The notes under the pieces: generated by a model | Databases searched by the model: none | What the model saw: only the letters and a program-made list of their open reading frames with translations | Told to the model about the DNA's origin: nothing | Made by a program: the position numbers and the translations under genes | Shown here: positions 40,981 through 50,121 of the stretch, piece by piece | How the letters are laid out: the number at the start of each line of letters is the position of its first letter | Position numbering within the stretch: position 1 is the first letter of the stretch | Assembly: GCA_965218795.1 (NCBI GenBank) | Contig: OZ244653.1 | Location: 3,808,001-3,872,000, forward strand | Source of the DNA: a bacterium | Lineage (GTDB): Bacteria > UBA8248 > JACPRG01 > G963555815 | DNA: 64,000 nucleotides | Reading direction: 5' to 3'

Positions 40981-42036
40981 TCAAAGAATCAACATCGCAT
41001 CCCCGTAACTGTAGAAACGATACCCTTCGCGCAGCGCTTCTTCATAGGCGTGGATGATTGTCTCTCGCCCCGCCAATGCCGAGACCAGCAAAAGCAGTGT
41101 GGAGCAGGGGAGGTGAAAATTCGTCACCAGACCGCTCACGACCTGAAATTCGTAGCCGGGCGTGATAAAGAGCGAAACCGGCGCCCGCCCCGATAATACG
41201 GCGGTCCTCCCTTCCGCGTCCCTCTCGGCCCGGCCTTCGAGCGTTCGGACGACCGACGTTCCCACCGCAACGATTCGTCGCCCCTGGTTGCGTGCCTTGC
41301 TGATCCGGTCCGCCGCATCCGGGCTGACCCCGGTCATCTCCGGATCCATCCGGTGATTCTCTACCTGCTGGGCACGGATGGGACGAAATGTCCCCGCCCC
41401 AACGTGAAGGGTCACCGTGGCTTGCTCGATTCCGCGTTCCGTTATGTCATTCAAGACCCGGGTTGTGAAGTGAAGACCGGCGGTGGGCGCGGCGACGGCC
41501 CCCTCCGTACGCGCGTAGACCGTTTGGTATCGTTCCCGGTCCTCGGGTCTGTCGATGCGACGGATATAGGGGGGAAGCGGGACGTGTCCCCGGTGTTCAA
41601 GCCAGTCGCGAAACGTCGGGCCCGATACTGAGAATCGGATGGGAACCCGATCCCCCTCCCCCTTCGCCTCGACCACCCCGCGCACCCCTTCGTCGAACTG
41701 GATGACCGAACCCTTTCGGAGACGGCCGGCCCCCTTGGCCATGCAGTCCCAAAGTTCGATTTGAGGATCGCAATCCCGCTTCTCCAACAAGAGGCATTCG
41801 ACCTTTCCGCCCGTCCGCTCTTTGGCGCCGTAAATTCGTGCGGGGATGACCTTCACATCGTTGAGGACAACCAGGTCGTCCGGTTCGAGGAGAGCCGGAA
41901 GTTCCCGAAACAGGTGGTGAGCGAGCTCGCCGGACCGGCGCTCCAGGACCAACAGCCTTGATGCATCCCGTTCAGGTAGAGGATCCTGGGCGATCCGTTC
42001 CGCGGGAAGATGGTAGTCAAACTCGGAAAGTTCCAT
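40981..42036 (-). CDS. queA: tRNA preQ1 SAM ribosyltransferase-isomerase
   Basis: PLPPYI, YQTVYA, AAPTAGLHF, TNFHLP, FYSYGDAM. Confidence 0.97.
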   Translation of the reverse strand: MELSEFDYHLPAERIAQDPLPERDASRLLVLERRSGELAHHLFRELPALLEPDDLVVLNDVKVIPARIYGAKERTGGKVECLLLEKRDCDPQIELWDCMAKGAGRLRKGSVIQFDEGVRGVVEAKGEGDRVPIRFSVSGPTFRDWLEHRGHVPLPPYIRRIDRPEDRERYQTVYARTEGAVAAPTAGLHFTTRVLNDITERGIEQATVTLHVGAGTFRPIRAQQVENHRMDPEMTGVSPDAADRISKARNQGRRIVAVGTSVVRTLEGRAERDAEGRTAVLSGRAPVSLFITPGYEFQVVSGLVTNFHLPCSTLLLLVSALAGRETIIHAYEEALREGYRFYSYGDAMLIL

Positions 42037-42063
42037 TAGGGGCGTTCCGAATGATCCAGGAAA

Positions 42064-43320
42064 TCAGCGGAGAAGGAGGCTCAGATCATCGAATCCCTGA
42101 GGGACCAGGATACTCTCATCAGGAAAGGTGGCCTGTTCCACCCGCTGGAGTGCTGTGCCCGGGTAAAAGAATGACAGTATCTCGATGTATCCTTTCCCTT
42201 GTTCCGCCATCAGGCGCGCTCCCTGTTGCGACATGCCGACCCCATGCCCGTATCCGCGGCCCCGGAAGACCACTTCGTTTCCATCCCGTTCGGGCGTGAA
42301 GAGCGTACTCCGAACCCTGCGGTAGCCTAATATTTGCCGAAGGCGGGAAGAGAATAGGCGAGTCCGCCCGTCCCGGTGAGTAATCTGGACTTCTTTGGCC
42401 CGGCCGGAGGGCGTTCGGGAATGGACGGTCACTTCGCGAATCTCGCCCACCCTGTGACCGGCATGCGCCAGTTCCCTGCGGAGCTCACTGAGTCGGAACC
42501 GCGATTCCCATGACTGGCTGGGGTCTTTCCGCTCGGAGGGGACCGGAGTCGCCCGCAAGTACGATGCGCTGATGGACGGCCATACGGCATGAGCCATCTC
42601 GGTATGACCTCCGGAGGCCGCGTGAAAGAAGGTGAGGGCAATCCTGCCCTCCGCCGTCAGGACCAGGTCACGGGTGTCGGTAACCGCCGCGTCAATGGCC
42701 GGATGTTCGGCCCGGACTCCGCCGTACACCTGATCGCCCGTCCCTGCCGTCAGGTGGTAGAGCGGATGTCCGTCCTCCCTCCGTTCCGCCCGCGCTCGAA
42801 TCAACAGGGTGAAGGTGCGGGCGGCCACGGTCTGGGCCCGAAGGGCGGCCGCCGGCCAGTGGGAGGGGATCTCTTGGCCGACGACGCCGCGAAGGTAATC
42901 TTCCAGGCGGACGATGTTGATGACCCATATCCGCCCGCCGGATGGGACGATGTCGATAGCGCCGCGGTAGGGGGCCCCGTTCATCCGGATGGGCGCCCCC
43001 TGCGCTCGAAAGCGGGCGCCGCCCGGGGGCAGAGAGCGCCACGGACTCCTCCCGAGACGGATTCGGTCGCCTCGTGCGGTGACGCGGAGGGTTCGGCTCT
43101 CGGTACTCAGTTCGACCAAACGCTCCTCCGCCAGGGAATAGATTCGGACCGGACCGGTTGATTCCATCCGGGCGGACCATCCTGCCCGTACCAGGAGGAC
43201 ACGGACCGTGACCCGGGCCTCCGCCGCGCCAGCGGCCATTAGCGCAATGGGCAGGGCCGCGAATATCAAGGCCCGAAGAGTCGTGGGCATCCGGGTCGCT
43301 CGCTTCGGTCCGGGATTCAC
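42064..43320 (-). CDS. SpoIID/LytB domain protein
   Basis: YRG, LEDYLRGVV..E, AQTVAART, QVYGG, GYGHGVGMSQ.GA. Confidence 0.93.
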   Translation of the reverse strand: MNPGPKRATRMPTTLRALIFAALPIALMAAGAAEARVTVRVLLVRAGWSARMESTGPVRIYSLAEERLVELSTESRTLRVTARGDRIRLGRSPWRSLPPGGARFRAQGAPIRMNGAPYRGAIDIVPSGGRIWVINIVRLEDYLRGVVGQEIPSHWPAAALRAQTVAARTFTLLIRARAERREDGHPLYHLTAGTGDQVYGGVRAEHPAIDAAVTDTRDLVLTAEGRIALTFFHAASGGHTEMAHAVWPSISASYLRATPVPSERKDPSQSWESRFRLSELRRELAHAGHRVGEIREVTVHSRTPSGRAKEVQITHRDGRTRLFSSRLRQILGYRRVRSTLFTPERDGNEVVFRGRGYGHGVGMSQQGARLMAEQGKGYIEILSFFYPGTALQRVEQATFPDESILVPQGFDDLSLLLR

Positions 43321-43538
43321 CTTCGAAAGAACAGTGACAGAATCAAGGAAAGAAGGATGCTCAGGACGATGCTCGTTCCAAGGGGAAAATAGAACTGGAA
43401 GTTGCCCCGCTTGAAGTGGATGTCGCCCGGTAGATGGCCCAGCCAGGGGATTTTTCCGGTCAGGCTCATCAGCCCGCCCACAATGAAGATCACACCCCCG
43501 ACGATCATGAGGAACTTGCCGAGTCCGCCGAAGAGCAT
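43317..43538 (-). CDS. DUF2905 small membrane protein
   Basis: LGHLPGDI, FYFPLGTSI; usual ruvB-queA neighbour. Confidence 0.92.
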   Translation of the reverse strand: MLFGGLGKFLMIVGGVIFIVGGLMSLTGKIPWLGHLPGDIHFKRGNFQFYFPLGTSIVLSILLSLILSLFFRR

Positions 43539-43540
43539 CG

Positions 43541-44626
43541 TTATTCCAGTCCCGGAGCCCTTGAGTCCTCCGTTCCTAATGACAGATTCCCTTGCGGAGC
43601 GGATCGTGGAAGCGAGGCATCGTCGGTCGGCGGTGATTCTCCCAGATGTCCGATTCCGGCGGCCGTGACCCTTCGGCCCTGGGGAGTTCGGACGAGGAAC
43701 TCGGACTTGAGCAGGTAAGGCTCGACCAGGTCCGTCAAAGTGTCCGTTTCTTCGTTCAGTGTAGCGGCCAGCGCATCGACCCCGACCGGACCGCCGCGGT
43801 ACACGGAAAGGATCGTCCGGAGAAACCTGCGGTCCAATTCATCCAGTCCGGCCTCGTCGATTCCTTCCAGGCTGAGAGCCTCCCGGACGGACTTCTCCGA
43901 CAGCCTCCCATCGCTCTTCACTTCGGCGTAGTCTCGAACGCGCCGCAGCAGGCGGTTGGCGACACGGGGCGTGCCTCTCGAGCGAGTGGCGAGGAGATCC
44001 GCCGCCGATACATCAAAGGGAAATTCCAGGAGAGATGCCGAGCGGCAAACGATCCGGGCCAAATCTTCGGCCGGGTAAAAATCCAGGTGATTCATAATTC
44101 CAAATCTTTCCCGCAGCGGGGCGGACAGCAGCCCCGCACGGGTGGTGGCCCCGATGAGGGTGAACGGTTTGACGGGGATGTTGATCTTCTTGGCGAAGGG
44201 GCCCTTGTCAATGATGAAGTCGACCCGGTAATCCTCCATGGCCGGGAAAAGGAACTCTTCGACTGTGACGGGCAGGCGATGGATTTCATCCAGGAATAGG
44301 ACGCTGCCGGATTCCAGGTTCGTGAGAATCCCCATCAGGTCCGCGGGACGTGTGATGGCCGGCCCCGAGGCAGTGACCAGCGGGGCGCCCAATTCATGGG
44401 CGATGATATGAGAAAGGGTCGTTTTACCCAGGCCGGGAGGACCGTAAAAGATGATGTGATCGATCGGCTCGCCGCGCTGAAGGGCTGCATCGATTGCGAT
44501 GCGAAGCCGCTCCACCAAGATGGGGTGACCGACGAACTCTTCCAGCTTCCGAGGTCGAAGGGTCGCGAGGACGACTTCCTCTTCGGCGGAGAGGGCCTCT
44601 CCCATCACCATTCGCTCACGGGTCAT
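43541..44626 (-). CDS. ruvB: Holliday junction helicase RuvB
   Basis: LRP, GPPGLGKTT, LDEIHRL, GATTRAG, RGTPR, GGPVG. Confidence 0.97.
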   Translation of the reverse strand: MTRERMVMGEALSAEEEVVLATLRPRKLEEFVGHPILVERLRIAIDAALQRGEPIDHIIFYGPPGLGKTTLSHIIAHELGAPLVTASGPAITRPADLMGILTNLESGSVLFLDEIHRLPVTVEEFLFPAMEDYRVDFIIDKGPFAKKINIPVKPFTLIGATTRAGLLSAPLRERFGIMNHLDFYPAEDLARIVCRSASLLEFPFDVSAADLLATRSRGTPRVANRLLRRVRDYAEVKSDGRLSEKSVREALSLEGIDEAGLDELDRRFLRTILSVYRGGPVGVDALAATLNEETDTLTDLVEPYLLKSEFLVRTPQGRRVTAAGIGHLGESPPTDDASLPRSAPQGNLSLGTEDSRAPGLE

Positions 44627-44637
44627 TCAATGCGCCT

Positions 44638-45279
44638 TCAGTCCTGTTTTTGGAAAACTTCTTTGATGAGGGCATCCACCGTTTCCAGACCGGGATTGCG
44701 GTCCAGGGCCTTCCGGACAAGCTCTTCCGCTTCGTTTTTCTTATAGCCCAATTGGGTAAACACCTCAATCGCCTGCGGGCGAAGCCCGTCATCCTCCGGC
44801 TCTGACGGCGGTGGGCCCTCATCCTGCGGGAAACGGAGGAGGGCGAATTCGGTCACCTTGCCGCGGAGTTCCGCCACGATCTTTTCCGCCGTCCGCTTGC
44901 CGATCTCGGGAAGCTTCACAAGGGCTTCGATGTTTCCCCGTTCAATGGCTTCCGCCAGTTGCCGGATCGGGAGGGTCAGGGACCGAAGCGCCTTCCGGAT
45001 TCCCAGGCCCTGAACGGCGGTGTAACGCTCGAAAAATTCCAGGTCTTTGCGGTGGAGGAATCCGACCAGCCGGGGGTGGGCGTTGCCCATGCCGCCGATT
45101 CCTTCAATGTAATACAAGGTATGAAGGCTGAGCTCCTGCTCGGGCTCGCTGCGCCATCGGTGCTTGAGCGACTCCACGGCGGATGCGGGTACGAAAATTT
45201 GGTACGTCAGGTTCCCGACCCGCAGGAAAACAGCATCTTCTTCAATCCGTTCCGGGATTCCGGTGAGTCTGGCGATCAT
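44638..45279 (-). CDS. ruvA: Holliday junction branch migration protein RuvA
   Basis: MIARLTG, two HhH motifs (GLG.RKA, IGKRTAEKI), LGY domain III. Confidence 0.92.
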   Translation of the reverse strand: MIARLTGIPERIEEDAVFLRVGNLTYQIFVPASAVESLKHRWRSEPEQELSLHTLYYIEGIGGMGNAHPRLVGFLHRKDLEFFERYTAVQGLGIRKALRSLTLPIRQLAEAIERGNIEALVKLPEIGKRTAEKIVAELRGKVTEFALLRFPQDEGPPPSEPEDDGLRPQAIEVFTQLGYKKNEAEELVRKALDRNPGLETVDALIKEVFQKQD

Positions 45280-45806
45280 GGACGAGACAGACGGGCCCCT
45301 TCGGCCCGGGATTCCAGATGGCACAGTGCGGCGGCGAGCGCGTCGGCGGCGTCCGGAGGCTCAGGGATGGCGGGAAGATCCAGGAAAAACGCGATGGCCC
45401 GCTGCACCTGGTCCTTGGGCGCGAGGCCGTTTCCCGTGAGAGCCCGCTTGATGCGGGTGGCGCCGTAATCGCATACCGGTATTCCACGGGAGGCGGCGGC
45501 GCAGCAAATCACGCCCCGCGCGTGGCCCATCAGGATGGCCGTTCGCGGGTGGGCATAATGGGAATAAAGGGCCTCGATGGCGACGGCGGACGGGACGAAC
45601 TCCTTCAGAATCTCCTGCACTCCATCTTGAATTTCGAGAAGACGGGCCTCGATCGGCTCCCGGTCCGAAGTGCGAATCACACCGGCTTCCACATAGACGG
45701 CCGAATCAGGATCGCCCGGAGCCGGTGCGGCCCGCACCAGTCCGTACCCCGTGATGGAAAGCCCGGGGTCGATACCGAGAATGAGAGAGGAAGGTGGGTG
45801 GGGAAT
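45276..45806 (-). CDS. ruvC: Crossover junction endodeoxyribonuclease RuvC; start non-canonical (ATT 45806) or N-terminus frameshifted
   Basis: ILGIDPGLSITGYG lies in frame upstream of the annotated 45737 start; AIE, GHARG, DAADALA. Confidence 0.9.
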   Translation of the reverse strand: MPHPPSSLILGIDPGLSITGYGLVRAAPAPGDPDSAVYVEAGVIRTSDREPIEARLLEIQDGVQEILKEFVPSAVAIEALYSHYAHPRTAILMGHARGVICCAAASRGIPVCDYGATRIKRALTGNGLAPKDQVQRAIAFFLDLPAIPEPPDAADALAAALCHLESRAEGARLSRP

Positions 45807-45963
45807 GGCGGCTCACCCTTTCCGCGGTTCGGCGCTGGTTAAAAGGGATTGACGGGCATTACAGCGAACTGGCACCTCGCCATGGATGCGCAGGCAGGGG
45901 GCAATCACATCGACTCCAGAGATAATCTAGCACGCGCCTCGATCCCCGGCAAGCGCGGCTTGA

Positions 45964-46125
45964 TTTGTCCGCCCCAGGAACTATGATGCACAAAGGATCG
46001 ACAGGATCTCCCTACTGATGAATCGAGCTCTATTGAACAAGGATCCGGCCATGCGCGCGGATTGGGTGAAGATCGGATGGGAAAGGGTATCCAGGTTCAA
46101 GCGAATCCAAAGACGGGGCTTTTGA
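45964..46125 (+). pseudogene. Possible remnant of a GT4 glycosyltransferase C-terminus
   Basis: Short open frame YDAQRIDRISLLMNRALLNKDPAMRADWVKIGWERVSRF resembles the GT-B tail pattern. Confidence 0.3.
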
Positions 46126-46293
46126 TCCTCAGTGGAGAACCGACCGGACCGCACTGGTCCCGGGCTGGGTTCCCCAGATGCTTCTTATTCAACGCGGCGT
46201 GCGGACGACCTTTGTGACCGTCGGGTCCGGCTCATTCCACCGAGCCCAAAGGGAATGAATGGATGACTCGGTCTCCCCCTGCGGAGGGTGAAC

Positions 46294-47115
46294 ATGGTTG
46301 AACAGAACCATCTTCTGAGAATTGGAATCGCCGGCTGCGGGGCCATCGGACGGGTGGTTGCCACAGGAGTGGAGCAGGAAGACTTTCCCGCCCGGCTGGC
46401 GGGACTGACGTCGAGAACGCAAGCCAGTGCCGAGCGACTGGCGTCGGAATTGAAGACACATCCGCCGGTGATGGGGTTGCCGGAGCTGCTGGCGGAGGCG
46501 GATTTGATGGTAGAGGCTGTATCCCCTGAATCCGCACAAGACCTCATCGATCAGACCCTGCGAGCAGACCGGGACATCATGGTGCTGACGGTCGGGGCAT
46601 TGATTCTTCACCCTGAGCTTATTGATCTGGCCAGGGAACGGGGCCGGAGGATTCACGTTCCCTCCGGCGCGATCGTTGGCCTGGACAGCGTCAAGTCGGC
46701 GGCTGTCGGGCGGATCGATCGGGTGGTCATCACCTGCACGAAATCCAAGAAGTCCTTCCGCGGGGACCCCGAAGTCGAGCGGCAGGGCATCGACCTGGAG
46801 GCGTTGGAAGGGCCCAGGGTGCTGTTCGAAGGGCCGGCGCGGGAGGCCATCAAGAAATTTCCGGCCAACGTCAACATCTCCTGCGCCCTGAGTCTGGCGG
46901 GTGTGGGGCCGGACCGCACCGTCACACGGGTCGTGGTCGATCCCGCGGCGGAACGGACGGTCAATGAGATAGAGGTGGAAGGAGAATTCGGCCGATTTGT
47001 CACGAAGACCGAGAACGTCCTCTCTCCCGACAACCCGAAGACCAGCCACTTGGTCAGCCTGTCCACGCTGGCCACGATCCGGGGGATCGTCGATCCCGTC
47101 CGCGTTGGAACGTAG
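46294..47115 (+). CDS. nadX: L-aspartate dehydrogenase
   Basis: GCGAIG, PSGAIVGLD, FEGPAREA..FPANVN, NPKTS, VRVGT. Confidence 0.88.
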   Translation: MVEQNHLLRIGIAGCGAIGRVVATGVEQEDFPARLAGLTSRTQASAERLASELKTHPPVMGLPELLAEADLMVEAVSPESAQDLIDQTLRADRDIMVLTVGALILHPELIDLARERGRRIHVPSGAIVGLDSVKSAAVGRIDRVVITCTKSKKSFRGDPEVERQGIDLEALEGPRVLFEGPAREAIKKFPANVNISCALSLAGVGPDRTVTRVVVDPAAERTVNEIEVEGEFGRFVTKTENVLSPDNPKTSHLVSLSTLATIRGIVDPVRVGT

Positions 47116-47126
47116 GGGAAACCCGC

Positions 47127-47969
47127 TTGCGATCGGAGACCGTGGAAGAGTCAGGCGTCAGCGGCCTTCACCGCATCGGCCAGGAAGAGGCGCCGGCCCT
47201 GATCGCTTATCTCCGGGAGCATGGGCCGGAGACGATCAAGTTTGTCGCCCAGCTGGAGGAGGAAGGCGAGCGGATCGGGTTCTGGTGGACGGATCGCTGG
47301 CCCCGTCCGAAGGCGGTGCTGTGCCGCGGGAGAAGGTCCTATTCGCTGTGCGCGGAGGATGAGAAATCGGCGGCGTACGTGCTCGACAGCATTGACTGGA
47401 GCGGCGGCGTCTGGTTCTCAGCCCTGGAGTATCGGTTTCTGCCGCTGGTCCGGGAGCGGGGGAAGGATGTTCAGGATAACCCCTGCTTCCTCTATCGGCT
47501 GGAGCGAGCGCGTTTTCGCCCCTACGAGTTGCCCGACACGGGCGATCACCCGATTGAACCCCTTCGCCGGGAAGACGCAGACCTGCTTACGCTCCATTGG
47601 ACCTATGGGGATACCGAAGACTATCCCCTGAGCCGGATCCTTCAGGCGCCCACCGCCTGCATCCGGATAGGCGGAGAACCTGTTGCCTGGGCCTTGATTC
47701 ACCACGATGGGTCGATCGGGATGGTTTATACGCTGCAGGAGCACCGGCGGAAGGGGTATGCGAAGGCTGTCGTTTCGGTGTTGGCGGAGAAGCGATTGCT
47801 GGCCGGCCGCACGCCGTATTGCTTCATCGTTGAAGGCAACGAGACGTCGGAAAGGCTGTTCGAGGAACTCGGTTTTGCCCTCCAATCCAAGCTGGGGTGG
47901 GTCCACTGCGCGCCGGAGAAAGAGCGAAGGGAGCCGAATCGGCCGACCCGAGATGCGATCCATAGATGA
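47127..47969 (+). CDS. GNAT family acetyltransferase (FR47-like C-terminus)
   Basis: YTLQEHRRKGYA, N..SERLFEELGF. Confidence 0.85.
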   Translation: MRSETVEESGVSGLHRIGQEEAPALIAYLREHGPETIKFVAQLEEEGERIGFWWTDRWPRPKAVLCRGRRSYSLCAEDEKSAAYVLDSIDWSGGVWFSALEYRFLPLVRERGKDVQDNPCFLYRLERARFRPYELPDTGDHPIEPLRREDADLLTLHWTYGDTEDYPLSRILQAPTACIRIGGEPVAWALIHHDGSIGMVYTLQEHRRKGYAKAVVSVLAEKRLLAGRTPYCFIVEGNETSERLFEELGFALQSKLGWVHCAPEKERREPNRPTRDAIHR

Positions 47970-48006
47970 GAGGGGGCGCCTGCCTGTCGGAAGGAAAGAG
48001 ACGCTA

Positions 48007-49117
48007 GTGGACTGTAACATTGAGATAGCCAGTAATGTTTGGTACAGTATCATGCATGCCAAACACCCCCATTCAGCTGACTTCCGATGAAAGAGAAGAA
48101 CTGCAACGGCGATCCCGTTCGCGCGTGCTGCGGTCCGAAGACGTCCGACGAGCCCAAGTCATTCTGATGCTCGATGCCGGGGAGTCCTATTTGAGGATCC
48201 AGCGCGCCGTGGGCTGCGATGCCCGGTATGTGAGCCGATGGAAGACCCGGTTCCAACAAGAGGGACTGGCCGGCTTGTATTCCAGACATTGCGGTCGAGC
48301 GGTTCACAAGCGCACCCCCCGGCTGGAGGCTCGGATTCTGGACTGGACCAGGCGCCGACCACCGGACGGAGCGACGCACTGGAGTAGTCGCAAGCTGGCG
48401 CGGCAGTTGGGCACCAACCACATGATGGTGGCCCGGGTTTGGAAACGTGCGGGTCTGCAACCCCACCGCATTCAACGTTACATGGCATCGAATGATCCGG
48501 ACTTTGAGAAGAAGGCGGCCGATATCATTGGCCTCTATGTCAACCCGCCGCAACACGCCGCCGTTTTCTGTGTGGATGAAAAAACCGCCATTCAGGCCTT
48601 GGACCGATTCGATCCCGTGTTGCCGCTTTCTCCGGGTCGCGCCGAGCGTCACGGTTTCGAGTATTACCGGCACGGAACGCTCTCGCTGTATGCGGCCCTG
48701 AATACAAAGACCGGCGAGGTCATCGGCAAGACCGCAGCGAGGCACACCAGCGAGGCCTTTGTGGCTTTCCTTTCTGGCATCGTGGCCAGACAACCCAAGC
48801 GGCGTGAAATTCACATCATCGCAGACAATCTGTCGGCTCATAAGAGCCGCCGCGTGCGACAGTTTCTTGACGCTCACCCGCGCGTGCATTTGCATTTCAC
48901 CCCAACTTATTCCTCTTGGTTGAATCAGGTCGAAATCTGGTTCGCAAAAATCCAACGCGACGTCATTGCCCGCGGCGTCTTCACTTCGGTTCCTGATTTG
49001 GCTCGAAAACTGATGCGCTATATTCGACAGTGCAACAAGAAACCCAAACCCATCAAGTGGAGCTATACTGATGGCTCACGGCGAATCACCACTAGCAAAG
49101 TCTCTGTTACAAGGTAC
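48007..49117 (+). mobile_element. IS630 family insertion sequence, apparently intact
   Basis: Imperfect TIRs (GTGGACTGTAACA.. / GTACCTTGTAACA..) flanked by TA at 48005-48006 and 49118-49119. Confidence 0.9.
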
Positions 49118-49120
49118 TAG
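48056..49120 (+). CDS. IS630 family transposase
   Basis: HTH region, CVDEK, Y.RHGT, ADNLSAHK, SWLNQVE (DDE). Confidence 0.96.
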   Translation: MPNTPIQLTSDEREELQRRSRSRVLRSEDVRRAQVILMLDAGESYLRIQRAVGCDARYVSRWKTRFQQEGLAGLYSRHCGRAVHKRTPRLEARILDWTRRRPPDGATHWSSRKLARQLGTNHMMVARVWKRAGLQPHRIQRYMASNDPDFEKKAADIIGLYVNPPQHAAVFCVDEKTAIQALDRFDPVLPLSPGRAERHGFEYYRHGTLSLYAALNTKTGEVIGKTAARHTSEAFVAFLSGIVARQPKRREIHIIADNLSAHKSRRVRQFLDAHPRVHLHFTPTYSSWLNQVEIWFAKIQRDVIARGVFTSVPDLARKLMRYIRQCNKKPKPIKWSYTDGSRRITTSKVSVTRY

Positions 49121-50091
49121 TACCATTTTTCGAAATGGATGTTCCCCCGTTCTCCCTGTCCCTTGACCACCGGGTCCGTCTGAAATCCGAACCGGGTTTC
49201 CAATAGTTCGATGAGGCCCCCTTGGCCCGTCACCCGGTCTTTCGGATAAACCTTCCGGCGGGTCTCCCGCTCGATGCCCGGAACTCCAATGAGGGAATCG
49301 CTCCCGCAGAGGAAAAAGCTGAAGTTCTCCGGGCCGGGTTTCCAGCCGGTTCTCGCCTCGAACTCCCCGTCTTGAATAAATTCCTGTACGGTCATTTTCC
49401 CGGAGCCTGAGGCATTTTCCTCCGTCGCCAGCCAGACGCGCGTGTAGTTCCCGTATAGGGATTCCAGGCTTTCGTGGGCGGGGCGATAGGCGAGATCGGC
49501 TTCGCGGCGGACACTGACAATCGATGTGATCGGCCCCTCATACCCCGTCCGGAGGAGCTCCCAGATCATGGCGTTATGCGGCGCTTCGCCGGTTCCGTTG
49601 GAAGCGAAAACGAGGTGCCTGCCGGTGGAGAGATCTTCCAGTCCGAGGGTGTACGCCCCCTTGACCTTTCGGTCGCAGAAGATGCGCGAGCCTGCCCCGA
49701 TGGCCGGATGGTAAAGCCTCGGCGTGAACTCCGGGGGTTTGACGTCCTCCGGACTATGGGTGACGAGGTTCATCAAGAATTCGTGATGGTTCAGCTCATC
49801 CGGCTGAAGGAGCCGGTTGCAGTCTTCGGTCAGGATCGGATGCGAAAAGGATTGGGGACGCCGGGCGAGCCGATCCCGCTTCTGCTTTTGGCGTTCGGAT
49901 TCCTCCTGACTGCCCTCGACGCGCTCTTCCCAGAACCCAAACCCCAAGGTCGCGTATTGGCCCGGCTCGAAATCCAGGAGCCCCTCATCCGGACGAATCC
50001 GAAGCGCCATCAGGCCCGGGTGAATCCACCGGATGGAAACGATCGAGGCGTTGTATTTCTCCGCGGCGAGCGCCGCCGCATCAATCGGCAT
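49117..50091 (-). CDS. Ferredoxin-NADP+ reductase family oxidoreductase
   Basis: FEPGQYATLG, RRPQS, NGTGEAP, FLCG, C-terminal HFEKWY. Confidence 0.82.
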   Translation of the reverse strand: MPIDAAALAAEKYNASIVSIRWIHPGLMALRIRPDEGLLDFEPGQYATLGFGFWEERVEGSQEESERQKQKRDRLARRPQSFSHPILTEDCNRLLQPDELNHHEFLMNLVTHSPEDVKPPEFTPRLYHPAIGAGSRIFCDRKVKGAYTLGLEDLSTGRHLVFASNGTGEAPHNAMIWELLRTGYEGPITSIVSVRREADLAYRPAHESLESLYGNYTRVWLATEENASGSGKMTVQEFIQDGEFEARTGWKPGPENFSFFLCGSDSLIGVPGIERETRRKVYPKDRVTGQGGLIELLETRFGFQTDPVVKGQGERGNIHFEKWY

Positions 50092-50121
50092 GAATTTTTT
50101 CGCTCCGGCTGGACGCCGGAT

